A stretch of 64,000 bases of DNA, from positions 1 to 64,000 of IMG/VR virus record IMGVR_UViG_3300021373_002523. One strand, 5' to 3'. The translations under genes were made by a program, and so were the position numbers. Numbering within the stretch: position 1 is the first letter of the stretch; each line of letters opens with the position of its first letter. The notes under the pieces were generated by a model. The model was not told the origin of the DNA, searched no databases, and worked only from the letters and a program-made list of their open reading frames with translations. Positions 56,864-64,000 of the stretch are shown one piece after another. This DNA comes from a virus.

Positions 56864-57343
56864 TTAAAAATTAGGATTGTTTACAATAATATCATAATCA
56901 GTAAAGCCTTCAAAATCTTTTTCATCAGCTTTAATTCTTCTTTCTATTTTATCATTTAAATCTCCCCTTTCTTCTAATCTTTTTCTTCTAATTTCTAAAG
57001 GAATATCTAAATAAATTATTGTACATTTTTTTCTATCAATAGGATTAATTGCATTAACACCATGAGGGGTCATAACAAATAGGTTGCATGTCTTTTTAAA
57101 CTGTTCATAGCTTGTACCATAATACCAACCGTTGAATTCTACATATTCATACCAATAATTATTATCAGCAAAGTTTTTAAAATCTTCTTCTGATATAAAA
57201 TAATAATCTTGGCCATCAATTTCACCTTTTCTCGGTGGCCTTGTGGTATAAGAAGTACCGTATGTAAATCCTCTACCTTCCAAGACCTTTCTCATATGAT
57301 CTTTTCCAGCAGCGGCTTTCCCTATAAGTATAACTTTATTCAT
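56864..57343 (-). CDS. gmk: Guanylate kinase
   Basis: GKAAAGKD, SYTTRPPRKGEIDGQDYYF, WYYGT. Confidence 0.88.
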   Translation of the reverse strand: MNKVILIGKAAAGKDHMRKVLEGRGFTYGTSYTTRPPRKGEIDGQDYYFISEEDFKNFADNNYWYEYVEFNGWYYGTSYEQFKKTCNLFVMTPHGVNAINPIDRKKCTIIYLDIPLEIRRKRLEERGDLNDKIERRIKADEKDFEGFTDYDIIVNNPNF

Positions 57344-57566
57344 TTACTTCAGTATCAGTATTGATTTCAAAATTTCTTTTTAAAGTTTCCAAAGCATCGT
57401 CAGCTTCTGCTAAAGATCTGGTTAGTTCAACCATTTCTTCAATATGCTGAGGGTGCTCACCAATACCTACTGGGTTAGTTAAATAAATTGTTAATGTGGC
57501 TAATGCCTTTTGTCTTTGTGCTTCAAATTGAGATTTCAAAGCATCATATATAATGTTCTTATTCAT
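57336..57566 (-). CDS. Hypothetical phage protein
   Basis: NPVGIGEHP motif, helical. Confidence 0.65.
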   Translation of the reverse strand: MNKNIIYDALKSQFEAQRQKALATLTIYLTNPVGIGEHPQHIEEMVELTRSLAEADDALETLKRNFEINTDTEVNE

Positions 57567-57568
57567 AA

Positions 57569-57796
57569 TTAGTCTATTAAAAGTTGTGTATGTTCAAAAT
57601 TATTTTTAATCTTCTCATTGAAGAATTTACCAGTCGATTCAGCTTTACAAAGTTCATCATATAATTCAGCTTCTACATTTGCATATTCATATAAAGATCC
57701 ACTATTAAATTCTACTTTTAATGTTTTAGTATGAAAGTTATAAATGTATTTGTTAATCATTGATGAGTCAACTGTTGTTGTTTGTTCTTTAATCAT
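57569..57796 (-). CDS. KTSC-domain protein
   Basis: VDSSMI...Y...L.VEF.SG..YEY..V...AESTGKFFN..IK. Confidence 0.9.
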   Translation of the reverse strand: MIKEQTTTVDSSMINKYIYNFHTKTLKVEFNSGSLYEYANVEAELYDELCKAESTGKFFNEKIKNNFEHTQLLID

Positions 57797-57982
57797 TTTC
57801 TTGTATTATTGTATAAAGTTTTTTAACTTGTTTTACTGGTAATTTTTTTGTTGCAGCTAACCATTCCCAGGCTAGTTTTTCAGATTCAGCTTTACATGCT
57901 GTTCTACAATCATCTTTAATGCAAAATTTAAATTTTATCATAAAAATTTGATTTATTATTATATGCCTTTTTCATAAAAAGT

Positions 57983-59323
57983 TTACTTAATTGCTGCCTT
58001 TAATTTTTTAAGATCGGTTAAATACATTTCTTTAGGATCTGTTGCTTTTAATGTTTTAAGAGCAATAATACACCCTTCTTTCTCCTGTAATAATTTTTCA
58101 TATCTTTCTTTTGTTAAAGAATGAATAGCCATTGATAAAAGATAATCATATGATCCATGAACAGTATCATAACCATTTGTTTTTAAGTAATTAACAATCT
58201 TTTCTTTGGGTACATTATTAACTTTTAATTTTCCATCTATAATGTCTTTAATAAATCTAGCTTTATTTGTAACTAATGCTAATTGTTTTTCCGTTTTATC
58301 AATTAAATAATCTTTTCTCGTTTGATACCAACCTAACCTAACTTGTACAAAATGTTTTACAATTTCTTCTGCTTTATTAAAAATCTTAAGTTCACCATTT
58401 TCATCTATGGTTGTTAGATTTTCTGTTTCTTGAGTATTTAGTCTTAATGCCTTCTCTAACCTATTTTTTGAAATTAAATCTTTTAAGACAGCTCTTTTAA
58501 ATTTTAAAACATATTCAATAGTTTCTGAGGAGTTATCATCATAAGCAATAATAATTCCTTTCTCCATTAAAAGATTTAAAATTTCTTCATATCTTTCATA
58601 TGTATAATTTGGAGGAATAGAAGTTATTTTTATTGTATTTGAATTTACAATTTCATATGAGCCATTTATTTTCCATGTTTTGGGATTTTCACTATCTCTT
58701 GTAAATGTTCCTTTAAATTCTTCAACCCAAGGAGTTAAAGTTTTCATTCTCCTTCCATTAACTTCAGAAATACATGCATTAACTACATCCATTGGATTTC
58801 TATTTAAGATGTTAGTTGCAAACCCTACAGCAATACCTGATGTACCATTTAAAATAACAGTAGGAACGATAGGTAAAAAATATTCTGGTTCAATTTTTTC
58901 ACCTTCTTCTATTTTATTATCAAGTAATTCAAAATCTTGATAAAGTAATCTGAAGTTAGGATGTAGCTTAGCACTTATGTAACGAGGAGCACCAGCAGCA
59001 GGAGATCTTAAGGATCCAAATTGACCTATACCTTCTAATAACGGTAATGAGTTTTTAAACTTTTGAGCCATACCAACCATTGAAGATTCTAATGAAGTAT
59101 TACCATGATGATAAAATGCTTCGGCTGCTACCCTACCTGCAAGCTGAAATAATTTCATTGGCTTTTCATTACCAGTTTTCCATATCTTATTTGCGATATA
59201 AACCACTTTTCTTTGTGTAGGTTTAAGACCATCAATACAGCTTGGTATTGCTCTGTTTTCTACAACATATTTAGCATATTCTAAATATTCTTTATCAAAA
59301 AATGAAGTTACTGTTCTATTCAT
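57983..59323 (-). CDS. Type IIA topoisomerase, DNA cleavage subunit (T4 gp52-like)
   Basis: RAIP..IDGLKPTQRK, YHHG, GQFGS, APRYI (catalytic Tyr), GIAVGF; no C-terminal pinwheel. Confidence 0.95.
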   Translation of the reverse strand: MNRTVTSFFDKEYLEYAKYVVENRAIPSCIDGLKPTQRKVVYIANKIWKTGNEKPMKLFQLAGRVAAEAFYHHGNTSLESSMVGMAQKFKNSLPLLEGIGQFGSLRSPAAGAPRYISAKLHPNFRLLYQDFELLDNKIEEGEKIEPEYFLPIVPTVILNGTSGIAVGFATNILNRNPMDVVNACISEVNGRRMKTLTPWVEEFKGTFTRDSENPKTWKINGSYEIVNSNTIKITSIPPNYTYERYEEILNLLMEKGIIIAYDDNSSETIEYVLKFKRAVLKDLISKNRLEKALRLNTQETENLTTIDENGELKIFNKAEEIVKHFVQVRLGWYQTRKDYLIDKTEKQLALVTNKARFIKDIIDGKLKVNNVPKEKIVNYLKTNGYDTVHGSYDYLLSMAIHSLTKERYEKLLQEKEGCIIALKTLKATDPKEMYLTDLKKLKAAIK

Positions 59324-61197
59324 TAAAATAATGATTTTTTATTTTTAATTTCTACGGCTTGACCTAATATCTTTCTTTTTCGAGGTTCAGAGTTCTTAGA
59401 AAACCATATATCTAATGTACTGTTAAATTCCTTATCTTTAGTTAAGGTGAATGTTTTCGGGCTTCTAATGATCTCCTTGTATTCTGCATCCTCTAATGCA
59501 GCCAAACCTTTTTTATATTCAATTGACCATTTACTTAAACTCCTCTGCTTAGACTCCCATTCTTTATATTCTTCTTCGGTATAAAAGTTTAAAGATTCCT
59601 TACCTTTTTTTGCAACCATTAATGGTGTTTCTACTTTCAGAACTCTACCTTCACTAAATAACTCTGGCCAATACTTTCCTAAAAAGTTTATAAGTAATGC
59701 TGAAATAGAATTACCATCAACATCCGCATCAGTATAAAGTAAAATTTTACCATACCTTAAATCTTTAGGTTCATGACCAATCTTTAATCCTATTGCAGCC
59801 ATTAGAGATTGTACTTCTTTGTTTTGTACAACCTTAGATGCAGATAGTTCTCTTACATTAATAAATTTACCTCTTAATGGAAATGCTCCTTGATATTGTG
59901 GTTCTCTATATCTTCTAAAGGCTGATGATGCAGAATCGCCTTCAAAAATTGCAAGTGTACACTTATCTCTAATACCTCTTTTCTTTGCATCAATAAGTTT
60001 AAGTACTTTAGTTTTATCTAACCCTTTATTAAGCCTTCTTAATTTCTTTCTCTCCTCAGCGTCCTTTTTTCGTTGTACCCAATCTAATACGGATTGTATA
60101 ATTTCGGAATTTAAAACTTGTCTTAAAACCTTATCACTTAAAATGTGTTTAGTACCAAAATCTTTAGGTGATGTAATTAACTTTTCTTTTGTTTGAGACG
60201 AGAAGGCAGGATTAATAATTGTACAATTTATAAACAAATATAAATGCTGTCTTAATTCAGAAGGCTTTACATCAACTCTATATTTTCTTTTTATCTTTTC
60301 TCTAAGGAATGAAGTTATCTGCCAATCAATATCATTCACATGAGTTCCTCCATCTTTAGTTTCAACGGAGTTAACAAATGATATAGCCTTAAAGCCGGTT
60401 GTTGAATGACCTATACCTATTTTCCAATGTTCTGATTGTTCATAAAATATTGGAGTAACATATCTGTTTGCATAATCTTTAAATGTTCTAAAAGAAATAG
60501 CATTACCATTTAAGAATATTTTTAAGGAAGGATTACATGCAGCAATATCAATAAGCCTTTTTGTTATCATTAGGTAATGATGTCTATCAATACCCTTTAA
60601 ACCAAATCTTTCAAAATCAGTAAGATAAGTTATTTCAGTATGTTTTGTTTTCTTTTTAGTAATCTTTGGCTTTGTTCTTTCAGCCATATTATTAGTAAAG
60701 GTTTGGTTAAATTGTTTTTTACCATCACAAGTTTGAATTTTAAATTCTTTACTAAATATATTTGTTAATGTACTGCCTACACCGTTTGTCCCTACAACAA
60801 TTCTATCTTCACTATCATCAAAATTACTTCCTGTTTTTAAATTAGAAAATATCATTTCTGGTACCCACTCATCATATTCTTTATGAACCTCTACAGGTAT
60901 ACCTCCATTGTCCCAAACAGAAATTAAACCTGTTTCTTGATTTAATTCTATTTTAATTTTATTAAGTTGTGGATTTCTTTTATGTTCATCTACAGAGTTG
61001 GAAATGATTTCATCAAAAAGTTTTAAGAATCCAGGATTGTAAGTTACTTCAGTTAGTTGAAATTGATCCTTTCCTTTAATAGGTAAAAATACTTCTTCTG
61101 TATGTGGCTTAATTGATCCTACATACATACCTGGCCTTAACAATACATGTTCAGTATCTGTTAATTTTTGGTACTTCTTTTCAATGCTTACTGCCAT
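59323..61197 (-). CDS. Type IIA topoisomerase, ATPase/TOPRIM subunit (T4 gp39+gp60-like, fused)
   Basis: EHVLLRPGMYVGS, EIISNSVD, GTNGVG, EGDSA, PLRGK, TDADVDG, YKKGLA. Confidence 0.95.
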   Translation of the reverse strand: MAVSIEKKYQKLTDTEHVLLRPGMYVGSIKPHTEEVFLPIKGKDQFQLTEVTYNPGFLKLFDEIISNSVDEHKRNPQLNKIKIELNQETGLISVWDNGGIPVEVHKEYDEWVPEMIFSNLKTGSNFDDSEDRIVVGTNGVGSTLTNIFSKEFKIQTCDGKKQFNQTFTNNMAERTKPKITKKKTKHTEITYLTDFERFGLKGIDRHHYLMITKRLIDIAACNPSLKIFLNGNAISFRTFKDYANRYVTPIFYEQSEHWKIGIGHSTTGFKAISFVNSVETKDGGTHVNDIDWQITSFLREKIKRKYRVDVKPSELRQHLYLFINCTIINPAFSSQTKEKLITSPKDFGTKHILSDKVLRQVLNSEIIQSVLDWVQRKKDAEERKKLRRLNKGLDKTKVLKLIDAKKRGIRDKCTLAIFEGDSASSAFRRYREPQYQGAFPLRGKFINVRELSASKVVQNKEVQSLMAAIGLKIGHEPKDLRYGKILLYTDADVDGNSISALLINFLGKYWPELFSEGRVLKVETPLMVAKKGKESLNFYTEEEYKEWESKQRSLSKWSIEYKKGLAALEDAEYKEIIRSPKTFTLTKDKEFNSTLDIWFSKNSEPRKRKILGQAVEIKNKKSLF

Positions 61198-61237
61198 GTA
61201 TTTTTATTTTTATATGGTAACTTCTTATGTTTGTTTA

Positions 61238-61663
61238 TTATAAGTATTTTTTCATTACAACATTATTAACCTCAAAACCATTCTTTGAATAAAAATTAAT
61301 AAGTTCTTTTCTACAGAATAATGTTATTCTATAACATCCCCTTTTCTTTGCAGATTTGACTAATTCTGAAATAAGATCTACACCTACATTTCTACCTCTC
61401 ATTTTTTTATCTACTACAATATCTTCAATATGTCCTGCAACTTCTCCTCTGATTTTGTTTTCAATTACACAACTCCCATAAGCAACAACAAAATCATTTT
61501 CGTCTATACCTACAATTGAATTATTACTTGTATTTTTTATGAAGCTTTCCCAGATTAGTTCAACATCATTTAAATTAATTTCCTGTTCTTTTAATTGATT
61601 TAATAATATACATACCTCAGCAAAGTCTTTTTTCTCTACTGGTCTAAATTTAATACTTTTCAT
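61238..61663 (-). CDS. Glucosamine-6-phosphate N-acetyltransferase (GNA1-like GNAT)
   Basis: LLNQL, IENK, GHIEDIVVD..MRG, GCYRITL.C, FY.KNGF. Confidence 0.75.
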   Translation of the reverse strand: MKSIKFRPVEKKDFAEVCILLNQLKEQEINLNDVELIWESFIKNTSNNSIVGIDENDFVVAYGSCVIENKIRGEVAGHIEDIVVDKKMRGRNVGVDLISELVKSAKKRGCYRITLFCRKELINFYSKNGFEVNNVVMKKYL

Positions 61664-61845
61664 TTGAAAGATTTTTTAAGATTAAGATTTAAAGAATTTA
61701 AATAAACATTATAAACTGGAGTATGATTATGTTCTTTCCATTTAAATGCCCAATTAGCAATAAGTTGTTTAATAGCTGGATAATGTACTAATTTGTTATT
61801 CTTGTTTTTAATAACCCTAATTGTAAATTCAAAATCTTCTTTCAT
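61660..61845 (-). CDS. Hypothetical protein
   Basis: 61-aa coupled ORF. Confidence 0.5.
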   Translation of the reverse strand: MKEDFEFTIRVIKNKNNKLVHYPAIKQLIANWAFKWKEHNHTPVYNVYLNSLNLNLKKSFK

Positions 61846-61850
61846 AATAT

Positions 61851-62048
61851 TTACTTATAAAACTCCTTAATTAGAGTTTTTTCTTCTTTACTTAATTTAA
61901 GTAATTTTTTTTCACCTTTTATTACTTGTTTTGCAATATACCTATCTGTGTTTTTTCTCATTTTAGTGAGATCTTTCCAAGATATAGCAGCATCAATCCC
62001 AATGGGTAATAGCGATAGAGCTAAACATTTAATTATTATTATATTCAT
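61851..62048 (-). CDS. Hypothetical protein
   Basis: 65-aa ORF. Confidence 0.45.
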   Translation of the reverse strand: MNIIIIKCLALSLLPIGIDAAISWKDLTKMRKNTDRYIAKQVIKGEKKLLKLSKEEKTLIKEFYK

Positions 62049-62061
62049 TATTTATTTTTTG

Positions 62062-62135
62062 TGGAGAATATCGGAGTCGAACCGATGGCCTCCTGCGTGC
62101 AAGGCAGGCGCTCTAGCCAGCTGAGCTAATTCCCC
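62062..62135 (-). tRNA. tRNA-Ala(UGC)
   Basis: GGGGAAU...CCUGC-CUUGCAC-GCAGG...UUCGACU...AUUCUCCA; G3:U70; CCA not encoded. Confidence 0.97.
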
Positions 62136-62138
62136 GTG

Positions 62139-62510
62139 TGGTGGAGGTGGTGGGATTCGAACCCACGTCCAATAAGCATCTATAAAAACATTTCTTACAG
62201 CTTAGGATAAGTTTTTGTAAACTTCCAAAATCAATAATGTTTTAAGCATAACATTTTAAAACTGCGTACTGTATAAAACTCTTTTCGTTTCCTTTCGGAC
62301 CCATAGGTGGTTTAGTAGCTCGCCCATTCACCTGTAGCTGCTTTCCTTTTACATCTTAATTATTTACAAGCATACTAATAATATGATGTGCATTTACTTA
62401 CCTCTTAGGCAGCCATTGCATACTCAGCGTTGTCGGCTAAGATTGATGTAGGTCATCACCCGGTGCTGTAGTTTTTATTTCAATCAGATTGTCAAAAACC
62501 GTTCACCCCC
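62139..62510 (-). ncRNA. ssrA: tmRNA
   Basis: 5' GGGGGUG pairs with 3' CACCUCC-ACCA (G3:U); T-arm GUGGG-UUCGAAU-CCCAC; tag frame 62437-62405 = ADNAEYAMAA*. Confidence 0.95.
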
Positions 62511-62529
62511 ATAATGTCAAAGATCGGTT

Positions 62530-62859
62530 TTATATATTATAAGGTACTTTAGGATGTAAATGAAATGCTCGTTTTAAAGCTTTATATGCTTTTATAGATC
62601 CAAATCTATTTTCTGTACCTATATGCCATTCAATCATTTCGTCATTATCATATTCTCGATATTCTTTCCAATCATAAATAGTAAAATGTACATCATCTTG
62701 AGTTGACATCTCCCATTCATTTTGAGTTTTTTCTTTAATATCGCTATCAGTGTACATTACTTTACCACATACCTTTTCAAGATCATCTTTAGTAGCTTCA
62801 AAATAATGGCCATGAAAACGAGTATCTTCTAAGCTGTAATTTTCTAATCTTTTTATCAT
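62530..62859 (-). CDS. Hypothetical protein
   Basis: 109 aa; FTIYDWKE...WHIG; early-type promoter at 62884-62913. Confidence 0.7.
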   Translation of the reverse strand: MIKRLENYSLEDTRFHGHYFEATKDDLEKVCGKVMYTDSDIKEKTQNEWEMSTQDDVHFTIYDWKEYREYDNDEMIEWHIGTENRFGSIKAYKALKRAFHLHPKVPYNI

Positions 62860-62916
62860 CTTATATTAATGTTTAGTATATTATAATAATAACAAACTTT
62901 CTCTTATTCTGAAAGT

Positions 62917-63720
62917 TTAATATGGCATTTCTATATTTTTGTTTTCCTCAGCTTTAAATTTTTCTACTAATTTTCTACAGATAACTTTTAATTCTTTAGA
63001 GAATTCACCTTTATCAATAATCCAATCAATGTACCTAGCATCCATTTCAAATACTTCTTTAAAAGGCTTACCTTTATTTTTACCAAAATTGAATACAATT
63101 GTTCTCTTTCCGTTTACCTCATCAAATTTTAGCTTACCTCCTAAATCTACTTGATCTGCTCTACGAGTATTTACTGTCTTATCAATTTCTTCGGCTGTTT
63201 GTGGCATTTCATAAACTTCTCTCTGTTTTTGAAATATTTCCATTGTAGCTCTAACGTCTGCTTCAGCTCTATGTGCACCTTCCAAAGATTTTCCTGTATA
63301 CTTTTTATAAGCATTAGTTAAATCTCTCTTTTCATAATTACTGTAAATAAGGAAAGGATCCATTACTGCTCGGGTTCTATGATTAAATACAATACCACAT
63401 CTCATAAACTCTTCACATAAGAAAGGTACATCAAAGAATAATGCATTATATCCTCCTAGATCACAATCGCCTATAAAATCGTTTATTTCAGATGCTATCA
63501 TTTCAAAGGTAGGTTTATCCTTTAGCATCTCCATAGAGATTCCATGTTTATCTTCAGCTTCAGCTCGCATTTGCACATTACCTGGATTAACTAATTGGTG
63601 GTAAGTTTCAATTTCATTACCGTCAAAATCAGTCTTTATCATACAAATTTCAATGATGCGGTCGGCTGAAGTACTTATGCCTGTGGTTTCTAAATCAAAC
63701 CAAACTATATTTTTATTCAT
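62917..63720 (-). CDS. DEDDh 3'-5' exonuclease (DnaQ/Pol III epsilon-like)
   Basis: FDLETTG, GYN...FD, AHRAEAD; C-terminal FNFGK.KG...Y..W. Confidence 0.9.
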   Translation of the reverse strand: MNKNIVWFDLETTGISTSADRIIEICMIKTDFDGNEIETYHQLVNPGNVQMRAEAEDKHGISMEMLKDKPTFEMIASEINDFIGDCDLGGYNALFFDVPFLCEEFMRCGIVFNHRTRAVMDPFLIYSNYEKRDLTNAYKKYTGKSLEGAHRAEADVRATMEIFQKQREVYEMPQTAEEIDKTVNTRRADQVDLGGKLKFDEVNGKRTIVFNFGKNKGKPFKEVFEMDARYIDWIIDKGEFSKELKVICRKLVEKFKAEENKNIEMPY

Positions 63721-63779
63721 ACTATACTATTTAACTTTAGTTGTTATTAAATATTATATAGCTTAAAATAGGAAAAGTT

Positions 63780-64000
63780 TTAGGAACTTCTTACAATAAG
63801 TTTCATATCCTGGATATTTCCTGGTAATGCATTTAATGTACCATTAAGTTTTGATAATACCTTTATTATTTGTTCAGTGTCCGGACCGAATGCGCGCTCT
63901 GTCACACTACCTCCAGCTGCTGGTGTTGAGGCTGTTGTAGCAGCAGCTGCACCACCGCCTCCAATATTTAGAGCGAATGTTCTCCTAGTCTTAGTTAACT
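63780..64000 (-). CDS. C-terminus of an unknown protein (5' end outside window)
   Basis: Own translation: ...LNIGGGGAAAATTASTPAAGG...DMKLIVRSS*, stop at 63780-63782. Confidence 0.55.
   Translation of the reverse strand, partial: LTKTRRTFALNIGGGGAAAATTASTPAAGGSVTERAFGPDTEQIIKVLSKLNGTLNALPGNIQDMKLIVRSS

Noticed and set aside
57983-61197. DNA gyrase gyrA/gyrB
   Set aside because: The A subunit is 446 aa without the C-terminal pinwheel/GyrA box; T4-like topoisomerase II instead
1696-63154. Plus-strand ORFs in the track other than 13654..14004 (e.g. 18987..19433, 44736..45158, 51603..51974)
   Set aside because: Antisense shadows of well-supported minus-strand genes, rich in S/L/F/I, with no motifs
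1-64000. Alternative genetic code (stop-codon reassignment)
   Set aside because: Conserved genes are full length in the standard code, Trp is TGG, and coding density is high
1-64000. Bacterial chromosome origin
   Set aside because: Single-strand gene layout, T4-type topoisomerase, gp42-like gene, endolysin and isolated pathway fragments fit a large phage better; capsid/terminase genes are not in the window, so this remains an inference

Overview
AT-rich, gene-dense 64-kb segment with essentially every real gene on the minus strand (one exception, 13654..14004), standard genetic code. The content points to a jumbo/mega-phage, probably infecting marine Flavobacteriia (Bacteroidota): T4-type two-subunit topoisomerase II, ThyA plus a second TS-fold enzyme with the dCMP-specific Asp, PhoH, UvsE, endolysin, Hsp20, ECF-like sigma, Bacteroidota-type ClpP/ClpC, T9SS C-terminal domains and A-rich SD-less leaders. 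RNA genes: tmRNA (tag ADNAEYAMAA), tRNA-Ala(UGC), and an unusual tRNA-like RNA with a 49-nt anticodon region and structured trailer next to a CCA-adding-type enzyme. Most notable: (1) a tightly coupled operon of secreted cohesin/dockerin/GEVED proteins, a T9SS-anchored cohesin, CsgG-like proteins and a beta-barrel (7150-13400), a candidate phage-encoded surface-assembly system; (2) 12 proteins sharing a T4-like capsid-targeting N-terminus, several built as modular polyproteins with [ILV]xE protease sites, one carrying a RimK-like ATP-grasp; (3) a 13-gene Kdo/CMP-sugar glycosylation cluster; (4) three promoter classes readable from the sequence; (5) a 3'-UTR hairpin whose loop is complementary to a motif in several early-gene leaders. 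All family assignments come from motif recognition by eye; no searches were run.
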